Shown here: piece by piece, positions 49,135-62,800 of the stretch | Numbering within the stretch: the first letter of the stretch is position 1 | Layout: each line of letters opens with the position of its first letter | NCBI GenBank assembly: GCA_030583845.1 | Contig: CP129478.1 | Coordinates: 215,175 to 279,174, forward strand | Source of the DNA: Candidatus Dojkabacteria bacterium | GTDB lineage: Bacteria > Patescibacteriota > Dojkabacteria > SC72 > JAHDCA01 | DNA length: 64,000 nucleotides | Reading direction: 5' to 3' | Made by a program: the position numbers and the translations under genes | Notes under the pieces: model-generated | Databases searched by the model: none | Told to the model about the DNA's origin: nothing | Seen by the model: the letters and a program-made list of their open reading frames with translations, nothing else

Positions 49135-49531
49135 CCCGATCAGACTTCGCCCGCTCCACCATGATACATCTATCAACCGAGCAGCTCAGACCGAGCTGCT
49201 CACACCTCTTGACCAACTCATCAGATTCGCTTCCCGGCTGAAACCACACCTTCTTGATACCCAGCTTGTCTACCTCATCTACTACGACCATTCCAACCGA
49301 AGCAGGCACCACCATCACCACCACGTCGACCAGCTCCGGACACTCTTCTACACTTGCATACACTTTCTCACCAAGCAGCTCTCCAGCATTCGGATTGATC
49401 GGATACACCTGATATCCACCCTGCTTTAGATCCACGAACACCTTATGCCCATATTTATTCGGGTCGCGCGAGGCACCCACTACGGCATATCTATAGGTCT
49501 TATTTATATAATCTTTGACTTCCATACCCAA
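49112..49531 (-). CDS. CoA-binding domain protein (YccU-like)
   Basis: YAVVGASRDPNKYGHKVF...VYPINP matches the CoA_binding_2 family. Confidence 0.7.
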   Translation of the reverse strand: MGMEVKDYINKTYRYAVVGASRDPNKYGHKVFVDLKQGGYQVYPINPNAGELLGEKVYASVEECPELVDVVVMVVPASVGMVVVDEVDKLGIKKVWFQPGSESDELVKRCEQLGLSCSVDRCIMVERAKSDRASTPVVG

Positions 49532-49535
49532 TAAT

Positions 49536-50855
49536 TTAACGAGTTATTGACCCCTGTACAGTGGATGGATCGTTTATCAGCCCAACAAATAGCAGCACGC
49601 CATTGTTCTTATCATAGATTGTATACACGAACGGCTGGTCGGCTATAAACGCAAATGGCTCATCGTCGAGCCCTACCGAGGTGACATCCACCACCACACT
49701 GGTCACGGCTGCCGCCTCACTCCCCTCCTCATCCACCTGGAGGTATGAGATATGTTGAACTTTAGACACATATAGCTCTGCATCAGAAATTCCACTCAGA
49801 TCCGCCACTCCCTCCCCAAAAGCATCCTCCATACCCATTAGGTTCAAGTAATCGTTTAAGATCAGATCACCGCGGATGGTAAACTTTGGCAATTCTACGC
49901 TGGCTTCCCCTTTTACACTACCAGCTAGTACTGACTCAAATAGCTCATAATTAAAGTCCGCTACTGATCCATCTCCTTTAGGCATAAATAGCCACGACGA
50001 GAGTGACTCATCGGCGTATGGCAGCTCAACCGCACTCCATTCATCTCCATCGAAGTAGTTCAAGTCAAGCTCACCACTGCTCATCATTGGCACCCGAACC
50101 TTTCCACCATTCGCTTTCGTAAAGTCTTTCTCCTCTGTAAGCTCTGGGTCGAACTGGTATTTCCAATCTGCTTTTGTATAGATTGCATTCATCAGTATTA
50201 GATATGTATCGCCACTAAGCTCATCAACCACCTTCGTGATCTTGCCCTTTGTCTTCTCAGATGCCCAGCCATTTATCTCGTCTAGAGTAGAGGCTTGGCT
50301 AAATGGCAGACTGCTAACCAACGCACCATAGTTATCGGTTAACTGGTCCAGATAGCTCTGCTTGATTGGTGCATTCACTCTGTTTTCAGAATTTGCCCAA
50401 AGTGAATTTGCGATGCTGATTTCTGAGCTCTCGCCGCTGCGGTTAAGTGAGGCATTTAGACTCTTATACTGCGCGGCTACCACTGAATCAGCTGAGTTCT
50501 CTATATTTAGCACACTCCATATCTGATCCTTCGTGTCTCCGGCTGCGCCATGTCCCAGCATAGCCAAGGCTGAGTGAATACTTACAGGAGATATAAAGAG
50601 ATTCTCTTCACATGCCTCTTGATCAGAGCTACATATAGCAGCAATAAGCTCGGCCCCGAACTGATTAGATGACTGAGTGATCACCTCTGGCTTCAGATCT
50701 TTGACATCGCTCTGATTACTATTTGGATCTTGTTTATCGCTCACTGGCTCTGCACTTTCTCCCCAAAAAATTACATAGAGGATGATCAGCAATATTGCAA
50801 CGACCGAGATAGAGATAATGATAATAAATCCATATTTTTGTAGAAATGTCTTCAT
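49536..50855 (-). CDS. Serpin (serine protease inhibitor) with an N-terminal membrane anchor/signal
   Basis: The C-terminal FIADQPFVYTIYDKNNGVLLFVGLINDP is the serpin signature (FxxDRPFLFxI...GrvxnP). Length about 400 aa after the signal. Confidence 0.8.
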   Translation of the reverse strand: MKTFLQKYGFIIIISISVVAILLIILYVIFWGESAEPVSDKQDPNSNQSDVKDLKPEVITQSSNQFGAELIAAICSSDQEACEENLFISPVSIHSALAMLGHGAAGDTKDQIWSVLNIENSADSVVAAQYKSLNASLNRSGESSEISIANSLWANSENRVNAPIKQSYLDQLTDNYGALVSSLPFSQASTLDEINGWASEKTKGKITKVVDELSGDTYLILMNAIYTKADWKYQFDPELTEEKDFTKANGGKVRVPMMSSGELDLNYFDGDEWSAVELPYADESLSSWLFMPKGDGSVADFNYELFESVLAGSVKGEASVELPKFTIRGDLILNDYLNLMGMEDAFGEGVADLSGISDAELYVSKVQHISYLQVDEEGSEAAAVTSVVVDVTSVGLDDEPFAFIADQPFVYTIYDKNNGVLLFVGLINDPSTVQGSITR

Positions 50856-50890
50856 TGATTTAGCTATAAATTAATTAGCTTCACAAAGAG

Positions 50891-53800
50891 CTAAACCGTT
50901 ATCTTCTCGATAACAAGCTTCTTGCCAATTACATTGTACTGCTTAGTACGCTTTCTATAAATCCCTTTCGAGAGTGCAGTATCCCCGTCAACCACTCTAT
51001 AGGTTCTTGTAATTATATCGAGCTCATAATCCTTCGCATCCTTGGTGATAAATCGATATCGGCCCAGACTATCTGTCACTCTTCGAGCCACATATGTCTC
51101 TTTACCAACCTCCTTCAAGCCGATATCAATCCCGGCCAATGGGTTCCCATTCTTGTCTACGATCTGGCTATAAAGTGCCGAAGGGACAGCAGCTCGGCTT
51201 ATCAGGATCATAAGTAGTGCTGGCACATAGAGCAGTACAATCGCAAGGTTGAACAGTGAGAACGAGGCAATTAACACCCCGATCGATAGCACAAACCCAA
51301 GCGCAAAGACGCTCCATAGCAACACCTCAAATCCATTCTTAAGCTGGCTGTTAATCTTGGTCTCAAACCTGCTCACGACTGGGACCTTGCCAGAGTCTAG
51401 AGGGATCGAGAGGTCTAGCGACCTTCCTGCCTTAACCTCAATCGGCTCGCCGTGATAGACGTTTACCAACGGGTCATCAACCTTGCCAGTTATAGTCCTT
51501 GATGGGAATATATGATTATTCTTCTGAACTATAAAGCTGTATACACCATCTCTTAGGTCAACTTCGAATACACCAAATACATCTGTAACCGCGGTCGTGA
51601 TCAACCTCTTATTCTGATCATATGCACGAACCAGTGCCCTGGAGACTGGCTCCTTCGTGACAGAGTCATACACGACTCCGAACGGTACTCGTCTCTTCTT
51701 CACTGTGAAAATTGAGATGAAGCTTGAGAGAGTGCTCATAGCCAGATAGTATATGGTGATCGGGTTAAATCCGATCACGCTAGCTAAAGATGTAACCAAC
51801 GCGGTAGGCACAACTATCGCACCGATAGATGCGCTTGTCCTCGCTGTTGGAGCCGGCCGCCTACCGACCCAATTTGCGATATTGTCTAGGATCTCTGCAA
51901 CAGTCAATCTACCAGCCGTCCTATCGTAATTTATGGTCACAGTGGCACGATCACATGCCCCCTCCGTATCGCATATCTCGTATATAAGTGTCGTCGAGTA
52001 GTTTGCACCCTCTACAGCACTGTAAGTAAAAATGTTTCTATCGCTATCAATGTCGACTGCACCAATGCTTGGAGCCTCTATTATCACCAGCGAGTCCCTA
52101 TCCAGATTCCCATCTGGATCCCAGTCATTGTCTAATACATTTAGTACTATATTTCCGGTGCTCAACAGATAGCGATCGTCATTCGCCACTGGAGGATCTG
52201 GGAGCGGCAAAACTGTCATAAAGACAGAGGCTGTGGAGCAGCCAAGAGATATCCTATCACATATAGAGTATTGGAATCTGTCGGTACCGTTGAAGTTTGG
52301 TTCGGGCACATACTCAATTTCGCCACTACTTGGATCGATAAATGCACTTCCGCGAGACGGCTCGGTCGCGATCTCCATCGTGTCAATATTGAGAGCGGCA
52401 TTCGAGGTACCGGTAGTGTCCAAGTCGTTGCTCAATACATTAATTACAACCTCATTGTCCTCTTCTGTTTGCGCATTGTCATCGGTGAGGCCAGGCAAGC
52501 TGATGCCGACACCAACCTGTACAGTCGCATCGCTACAATTCCCGTCTGTATCGCAGATAGTGTAGTCAAAATAATCATATCCTACATACCCAGCGACGGC
52601 GTTATATCTGATAACTCCTCCTCCGAGAAGCTCAACTGTTGCTGCTGTGTTTACAGGTGTCACTGCTATCGCAAGTGAAGCAGGGTCAAGCGCACCCTCT
52701 GGATCGCTATCGTTAGAGAGCACATTTACAGAGCCGCTGCCTGCAACTGGCATCAATATCTCGTCGTCGACCGCAATCGGAGGCAAATTCTCTAATACAA
52801 GAGCTGTATCGCTTACATTTTGAGTTGAGGTCACTGGCGAGGTAGTATCAAGGTAGAAAGCCCGTACTGTGTCCCCACTACTGACTGCAAGCACACCGTT
52901 GTTGCTTTGACTATTACTTCCTGTATAGAGAACAGTACCAAATGTTGTCCTGAATATGCCACTATTTATTGCTGTCTCTGAAAGTAGAATATTTTCAATC
53001 TCGTTCGTCATCTCGTTTCGCAAGGTGATCGGAGCCCGGTCTATTGCAAGCGGGAACAGATTCGCATCGGGCTCGTTCAATGTAATTGTGAGACTATCTG
53101 TTGGCTCGATCTGTAGCTGAGCGATATCTATCGTTGCGAGTGTACCTGCATAATCGAGCTCATAGTGTGCACTGAACTCTGATGAATCCGACAACTGTGT
53201 ACAGCTAGGATTACTACACTCAGTTGCAACAGCAGTGACATACACATAGGATTCCCCCAAAGTTTGCCCAGGAAGTGTGACATTTATACCACTGCTTCCT
53301 TCTGAATTGGTTGTTACTTGAGTATTACCTAGGTACACTCTACCCTCTACATTATTATTTGCCTCAATTGCATCAGACACGTAGAACTCAACAAAGTAAT
53401 TGCTGTTTGGTTTAGAGTTTAGCCCCGCCAAGATCGTAAACTGATCAGTGACCAACGTTCTTGTTGCAGCGATAATCTGCGGAAAGTTCTGCCTCTCGTT
53501 TGCGCCGAGATCAGGATCCTGATAGTCGTTAGGGGTCACACCGTCGTTATCTAGGTCTATACCTATATCACCATTTAGGTAGATAGAATTTTGGCTAAAG
53601 GAAAGGTTTTGAGAGGTGGACTCTAGCGCTATGCCTTTAATTGTATTTGAGAAGATATTGTTGTTAAGGATAGAGATGTTGCTGTTAGTTGCATATACAC
53701 CGTAATTGTTAGCATATATTTCATTGCCCTGTATCAGAGAAGAGTTCGAGGTGCCGACGCTACGGATACCATGTATATTGCCGGCAATCAGATTGCCCGC

Positions 53801-56800
53801 GCCTGTCCCGCCACCAATCTCAATACCGTTTGCATCTACCGAGTAGATACCATTGACTGCTTGGTCTGGCTGAGGATTTGCATTAATAAGTGCTCCGATT
53901 AGGTTTCCTTGAATCCTACTCGTGCTTCCACAGGCACGTACCCTGATGCCGGATTCTCTATAGCCTGCAATCACATTTCTTACTTGTGGAGTTACACCAC
54001 CAACATAGAAGTTCGGCGAGCAACCAGATGGAGAGACCGCATCAATTCCAAAATCAACCTCGCTTGTCTCAAGGCCACTTATATCTGTACCAATAAAACT
54101 AGACTGAACTTGCCCAACATACCCACCGACAATAACGTTGGGAGGAATTGAAGCGTTAGGGCTCAATGCCAACCCTTGGATTGAGATCTGATTACTATCT
54201 GATGCATAGATACAGTATGTTTTCTCGCATGTAATCTGAACTACCGGTTGGCCATTTGGCACAGCAGGATAGACTGCTGTGCCTGCCCTATACCCGCTTT
54301 GGGTTGTAGCATTAAGCACTAGGTCATCTTTCACCTCCGGCAAGTCATAGCTGATACCATACACAGGGCTGTCTAGATAGTAGTGATTAATTGTTGGATT
54401 GATCCTCCACCATCTGATGTCTGGATCTGCATTGCCAGCAAGGCAGTTCACCTCTGTCGCTAGATTATTATAGGTTCCGCTTATTCCGTTATTTACGAAG
54501 GATAAACAGCCTGGGTCATTATTGGGGATATCAAATAGAACCACATCTTCACCTGCCAGAGCATTGGTCTCTGCTACGGCTGCCTCTAGCGTGCACTCTG
54601 GCTCGCTATCAGAGTTTAGCTGTCCTGTATAGCAGATACCATCACCAAGCAAGCTATCACTCAAACTACCTGTAGAATTAACCTCAATCAATCCAGCGCT
54701 ATCAGAAGATGCCAATACAATTGTAGGCGAAAACTCGGAAGTAGCAATCACATCCTGCCCCTCACCACAAGGCAATCCACTGCATTTTGTAGCAGTGGCA
54801 CTGACATAAAACTGCCCTTGGGGAAGTCCAGGCATTACGGAAGAATTGTTGAAGCTCGCATGACCAGACTCGTCTGTAGTTAAGTAGAAGTAATCTAAAT
54901 AGATCTCCCCTTCACCGTGCCCTGAAGGATCTGTCTGATCATTAAAATATAGTACCACCCTGTAGTCTGTATTCGGCTCTGAGTCCAAGACTCCCTCGAT
55001 TATATAAGTATCCTCAAATCTAGCCGCCAGTGACAGAATCGGGAAATTTTGGACTTCATTGGGTCCGCTATCAATATCCTCCGAGTCGTTAAGCGTGACG
55101 CCATCATTCCCGATGTCTATTCCGAGATCGCCACTATCGGTAATCATTGTACCTAGAGCAACGAACCTAGAAGTCGACCCTAAAATCTGTACGCCGTCAG
55201 TCCCTGCACCGGTGATGCTACTCCCAAGATCACCTATGAGACTGGAGTTATTTATAAGAATGCCTGCTAACCCAGTTTCGCTTATACTATTTGCCTCGAG
55301 TGTAACGTATGACGATTGTAGTTCAACTAAATTGATTCCATTCTCGCCAATATCGGTCAAGGTGTTGCCAGCAATTTCGATGTTTCCAGAGCTAGGGCTG
55401 TAGCTCTCATCGACTTTAATACCGTCGGCAACAGTATCACTTATCGTATTATCGAAGATTAACATCTCGGTCACACCTGGGGAATAGATTGAAGCATTAA
55501 TTCCAACCACACTATCCCTAATTTCATTGTTCTCCAGCTCTACATATGTGTCATCATATATATCACTACCCGTACCAACTCCTAAAAATATCCCTGTGTC
55601 GTTATTTTGGATAATGTTAGGCGCTATTTGAGATCCTACATCGTAATCCGCCCCAATCTCTGTATAGAGTGCCACGCCCACGACATTCCCCAAATCGTAC
55701 GTTTCGGTCGAGTCAGTTCCAATAAAGTTACCAAGAATCTGTGCTGACGTTGCCTGCATGTTGACCGCCTTATCTATGCCGCCTATGATATTCCCTTGGC
55801 CGGCCGATGTACCACCGATCTGTAGATTGGTAGAAAACAACGAGACGATGCCATCAGCTGTCGGCACAGAGTTGACTGCATCGACGCCAGGCACGACACC
55901 TATTAGATTACTCCTGACTGTGACGTTCTGAGTGGCCTCAAGATAGACAGCCTCATTGAGTGAGCCTCCTCCTATGACGTTGTTTGTAACCGAGGCACCA
56001 TTTACGCTGGTCATAGATATACCAGTGAATGTACCACCACCAAGACTATTCTCTCCATTTATATCTACACCTATATAGTTATTGCGAATCTGAGGGATCG
56101 TTGAGTCGCTGATAGATATTGCAGTTCCGCCATTTGCATTTATAAGGTTGCGGTCAGACAGCGATACACCACCGATCTGGACATTATCCGTCTCAGAAGC
56201 ATCTATAACTGTTGCTGCTGATGCAACTCCACCCCCTTGTTGTCCAGATGGATCTACCCCAAATATGTTGCACTTAATCTGTACATCATTCGCTTCTGAG
56301 ATCGAGATTGTTGTCGGTGATGCATAATCAAATACAAATCCACGAACAAGTGAGGAATCCAGCAATGCGTATGGTGCGTCGTCTGCCGGACTCAGAAGCT
56401 CAATTACAGGTCGCAAAGGGTTACACGAGGCTCCAGCCTGAGTTGTACCATCCATATGCACTACATCTGTGATGGCACTAGCACCATCTGGGCGCTGTAT
56501 ACTCCACCATTCGATATCAGGATCTGCCTGTGGATCGAGACAGTGAACCCTGGTACCAACTGTTACAGTGCCATCATCAGAATTATCCTGGTATGAGAGA
56601 CACCCTGTGTCACTCCTTGGGATGCTAAATATTGTTGTTTGAAAATCTTCCAGATTGTTTGAGTTAATTATAAACTGGTCTAATGAGCCTTGACCTGTCT
56701 CATTGCTGTTTGTAATTACCACAAAGCTAAATCCAAAATCAGCCCCAGACACCTCTCCGTCAGATAGTGAGATCTGGATTATATGCTCAGCGCTCTCCAG

Positions 56801-59800
56801 CCCTAGGCCAAACCCGTCTGCACTATCAGCAGAAATACCACCAAAACACTCACCTGCACTCTCAAGCACTATCGGATCGCCGTTATCATCCTGACACCAG
56901 GCTCCGACTCCACCATAAGTCTGGTCACCAAGTGAGATGCCCTCTAGATTAGCAAGTGACGTTACCGTAGACGAATCAACCACTAGCCACCCTATCTCTT
57001 CATTTGGTGGCGGGTAGTATGGAGACACCATCTCATAGTAGCCATTATTGTCAGTAACGGCACTAGTTATAAGTGAGTCAGCCACATCTGGAAGTCCGTT
57101 CCCATCGTCTAGATATAACGAAACCTCCACGCCACTTATATCATAACCTCCGGTTATATCTCCATCTCCGTTCTGATCTTCATAAATATTGCCAGATATC
57201 ACCTGACCATCCTCAGTTGGCGTCCCAAACTCAGATGTACTCAATCTGCTACTACATGAGGGATCGCCACAGACAGTTAATGTAGCTGTGACTATTTCGT
57301 ATTGTGGATCTAAGGTTGCAGTTATAGATATCGGGCTAACACCGCTAAAATTGTAGTTACCCGAAGAATTTGTAGTAACATTGCTGCTTCCGAGGTATTG
57401 CCATGCCTCATACGCCTCTCCCTCCTCACTACCGAAAAACTCTATTCGGTGAGTAGTATTTGCAGCCGCCCCTAGAACTTCGCCCCAGATATCCAACTGT
57501 GCTCCATCCTGGTTGTGATAGTACAATGTCGGACTAACCACAGGCGATACGGCAAGCCATTCGATAGTCTCGTCTGTTGGGATCGACCTAATGATATTTT
57601 GGGAGACTGTAACATCAGTCGCATCTTGCGGAATACGTATCCCACGGCCACTACCGCTCGTTGTACTATATTCAATAATGTTTGATTGAATCAGCACATC
57701 ATCAACAGTACCGGTGCTTGGCGGATACAGGTTTATAGAATTTCCACTCGTGGCAGGCCGGATGAAGTGATTGTTGCTGACGATTACATTTGACAGTGAG
57801 TTACCGTTTGTGAACGCAGACCTGATCAGGTTATTGTCGATAAGGAGAGAATCAATCGCTGATGCAGTGATATTTGATAAGTTAGAGTTCAGCTCAAGAT
57901 CACCAGTCACATCGGTTCCGATAAAGTTGCCCACGACCTCATTACCATCTTGATAAATCTGAACTGCTATGCCACCACCGCCAATGATCACATTGCATTC
58001 ACCGATACAATCATCCTCATAGCCGACGACGTTGGCACCTCCTACAAGGTTGTTTCCGGTTGTACCAATTCCAGAAAGGACCACACCCATAGTATCGTTA
58101 CTTCGATTTAACGTCCCACTCTTATCAGTACCGATATAATTGCCTTGGATAAGTGAATCTACCGCATTGTAAAGAAATATACCCTGACTGTTGCCGGAGA
58201 TTATATTTCGCTCTTCTGCTGTGTCTCCACCAACGATTAAGCCACTCAATACTGTAGGGTCACCACCAGTATCGTATTGGATACCTATACCATTCGGGCT
58301 AATGAAGGCAGTATCGCCGTTCGGATCAAGCCCAATTATATTGCACTGGATTACGCTGTTATCAGACCCGATCTCTAGCCGCACCTTGGCTGCACGCGAC
58401 CTGTTAAGCACGAAACCGCGAATTGAGGTGTCAGTGGCAGCCACTGTTAGTCCATAATCCCCAATCTGTAGATTGGTGAAATCTACTTCAACCTTAAGAT
58501 TGGAATCAACGCATGATGTCCCACTCTGAGTGGAAGCATCTAACGACGTAGGATCAAGGATAGCTGGGAGTGGTGTTGAAGGAGCGATGCTCCAATAATC
58601 ATCGGATGTGTCACCAGGGGTACCGTTAAGTGAATAGCCAGAGTCACTGGTAGGGAGCTCAAATGCTATCGAGTCACTCCCTTTTAGCAGATTTGATTCT
58701 TCTATCGCAGCTCTCAGAGTACATTCAGGTTGGTCTTCGCTATTCTGATTTCCAGTATTGCAGTGTCCATCGCCTGGATCTGTATCGATTGCATCACCGG
58801 TCGAGTTAACTATCAGATTGCCAGCATCTGAGACAGCCGGGCTTAGCTCAGATGTATATAAGCTTCCAGTACAGTTAGGTGAATCGCAAAGTGTAGCCGT
58901 CGATGTAAGATATCTCTCACCTACCGCCAAGGTAACCCCAGTAAGCGTGACACCAGGAGTTGTGAAGCTTGTATCACCAGATGAGTTTGTGGTAACTACT
59001 GTTGAGCCTATATATCTACCTGCACCTACCCAGCCGGTTATTGAATCATCGACGAAGAACTCCAATCTGTAACTGCTCGTAGGTGCAGAGTTTAGAGTCC
59101 CTGATACAGTAACTTCCTGACTAACACTATCATATGTATACCCACTAAGTAGCGGATAGTTTTGTAAGTAGTTTGGCCCGACATCTGTATCCTCGGAATC
59201 ATTTGCTGATATGCCATCATTGTTTAGATCAAGATTCAGCACAGAGTTTGAATAGAGAAGATTTTGCGACAGGACGCATTCAGTGTAAGGGTCAGGTCCG
59301 CTACCATTTACGACAAGACCTCGCTGGTTATCTCTAGAGGTATTACGGAAGACATAGCAGCTGTCCGCATTGCCGATCGTAATGCCCGGGCCGCTACTAT
59401 GATTATATACTTCATTATCTATTACTGAGAGTGGCTCAGTTCTTCCTGATGCAGTACTTATTCCTGCGAGAGTGTTCCCATAAATAGTATTACCCAACGG
59501 AGTCGCAAGAGCATCGGGATCTGTACCAATTATTTCTCCGTCGCTATGGTTAATGTGTATACCACTTCCATCATTATTGCGAATTATATTTTTCTGATAT
59601 ATGTTTCCACCACTGCTATCAGAAAATATTCCTCCACTGGCTAAGCCACCTGATCCGGAATCTTCAATGATATTGCACTTTATTTTACTGTAATACCCAC
59701 CATTATGGATCGAAATCCCATGCGATTGCATTTCTGTAATATGTATCCCATATATTTCAACATATTCCCCCTCGATCTCGAATCCAGTTCCACTACCTCC

Positions 59801-62800
59801 AAACCCAGACCCATCGAGAATTATCGGTAGGTTGTAGCTATTACAGCTATTATCGATAATTCCTGCTGGGAGTCCGTTGATTACCAGTATCTCTACAATT
59901 GATGGCAAGGCGCTTCCAGGTAAGATTGTCCAGGTGTCGTCTGTTCCATCGCCAGGAGTACCATTATTTGAATATCCACTATCAGATGTTGGAATGCTAA
60001 AATTTATAAAGTCACCCCCATAAAAAGCATTCGACTCCTCGATCGCAGCTCTAAGTGTACACTCGGGATCTGAGTCGCTGTTGGTGGCACCTGTGAAGCA
60101 TACTCCATCACCAGCATCATCGTCTCCGGCATCGTTAGTCGAATTTACTAGGAATGAAGGTAGAAACACATCACTAAATTCCGATGTTTCTCCATACATG
60201 CCACTCCCTGCGTCAGGGACAAAGGTAGTTGTCGCAGTAATATAGTTTGAATACAGATCACATGGGAATGTATACTGCTGTGGCCCCACACCGAGATGGC
60301 TCAGCGATATTTCTGTACAAGCCAAGCTCTCACCCTCCGACCTACCATTACTATCAATCGAGTTATTTGAATAGATGTTTATGGTATATGTGCCGTCGTA
60401 ATAACCCACTGAATCATAGGGAACATCTAGAGATACAGTAATCTCACCATCTTCGTAGGATAATATCTCTGGTGTATTTAACATATGGTTTCCACCTTCT
60501 TCATCAGTGTCGAGGGAGTCGTTTGGTGTCGCACCTCGGTTTACCTCTTCTGAATCAATCACGGCGTACAGATCGATCCCTTCACCCTCATTATTTGCTA
60601 GGACATTCTCCTCAAGCATGTTCGTCTGACTATTTTCTGGGTAAATATCTGGGTCATAAGCGACCACTGCAATTCCATCTTCGCCATTTTCCTGAATGTA
60701 ATTCGACCCTACAATATTCAGACTGGTGTTATCTGTCGGGTGACCAATAAATACGCCATTGCCTTCATTATTCGAAATCGTATTACTCATAATACGGCTA
60801 TCGGTACTTTCGAGTCTGACTCCGTCACCTCCGTTCCATCTGATGTTGTTGTACTGAGCGTAGACATATGGATAGTAGGTTCCAGTGCTGTCATACGCTA
60901 GGACCAACCCATGTCCGCCGTTGCCGGCGGGAGCAGCATTGATATCTTCACCAATAATATTGTTTGAGAGCCTCTGCCCTGGCCAAGACATATAGTAGCC
61001 CCCAACAATCTCTATACCATTACCTGTGTTGCCTGATATCATATTTTGGCCAGCTTCACCTATTCTCGCATACCCATATCCTGCAACCTCTCTCGTAAGC
61101 AGGATACCGTTCTCTCCATTTGGGATAACTGTCTCGGCATTCTCACCCAGACCAATCACATTTCCGCGGATGTCATAGTCAGCATTATCGACAATGTTGA
61201 TTCCATTTCCATCATTGCCACTCAGAACATTATCAGAGATATGCCCTGTGGATGAACTTGAGTTTTGAATCTCCAGACCATCGCCGCTATTGGGAATAGC
61301 TGTCGTACCTGTAAGATTTGTACCTATGTTATTACAGGTGATAGTTGCGTTGTTGACGTTATCTACAAGGATCCCATCTGCGCCGCTATTATAAATTGCG
61401 AGACCCTTAATTGTCGTATTGGGAGCCGAGATACTGAATGTTGTAAACCGACCATCACCATCTACAGCCACCTTTAAGTCACGGGGTGAGCCACCCAACA
61501 TATCCCCGCAATTGGCTTCAAATACTGTTGTACCATCAATGACTACCGAATCGGTAATCTTCGGGAGATCGTCAGTCAGAACAATTGGGCTTACACCCAA
61601 AACGGTGAAGTGGATATTATCCGATCCTGCCAAGGCATTTGTCTCCTGTATAGCAGCTCTCAGTGTACAGTCATTTATATGCGTATTTGGGTGGGTATCA
61701 CAAAAACCGTCACCGGGAATGAAGTCATCCTCCTCAAAACTAACGTCGACGGTAAAAGTAGAGTTCTCGAGCGGCGTAGAGTAATTGGTAATATAACGCT
61801 TCTGTTCATCTGGCTTGTTTATGACTAACCTTGCAGTTACATATCCACCAGGCTCTGCAGGCGTTACGAGCTCGAAGCTATAGCTACTCTCACCTGTCTC
61901 AGGATTTGTATATGAAACCAGCGGGCTTTGACCAATCAAGGCCCCAATGTTGGTAGCAGGAGTTTTAATATCCTGATCCTCAGTATAGTTTATCTCAACA
62001 GTAGCATCTTCTACATCTTGTTCTGTTAGAGATATGCCCTCGGGCAGAAAGACATTGCCAGTAATTACCTTATTTCCACCTACCCACGCCGCGCTCATGA
62101 CTCGCACCTCAATATTCTCAAGAAGCTCGGCCACCTCCATGGGCTGCTCAACAGGAGGATCCTCTGCAATTGGCTCCTCCTCCACCCCAAGGGTAATAAC
62201 TCCAACCTCATAGTTTATTGCAAGTGATTCAAAGTAGATCTCTTTCTCGCCATCAGACTTCATAAAAGCCTTCACGTATACCGCATCATAGCTTTCTGAG
62301 AATGCTGCGAGACTGCCGTTCACCTCCTGCACTGTGTTTGAGGTAAGAAATCCTGCAGGAGTAAGCACCCACTCTGTGCCGTCATGGTAGTACCAGTCAG
62401 TGCCGTTTGGCGATAGCTGGTAATACACACCCCAAGTTCGAGCATCATCAAACTGTGAAATATCTCCGGTGCTTGTCGCATCGTTATTATGGCTACTTCT
62501 CTCGTAGAAGCTAACCAGCTCCGAGTACTCGACCTTGGTAACAAAAAGAATCTCGGCCGGCTGATCACTATAAAGTGCTGCCGGATCTGCAGGCTCCTGT
62601 ACAACCACTTCTACATTCTCATCGTCAGCCGCATCACCTTCATCCACAACTGGGACATCGCCAGTCTCAGCAATATCTTCAATCGGTGTCTCCACGCTTT
62701 CATCATCTACTTCCGGAGCTGTCTCAGAATCGTCTGTAGATGCACCCAGTACATACTCCATATGCCCCCTATAAGGGCTATTCATTAAATCTTGTGCGGC

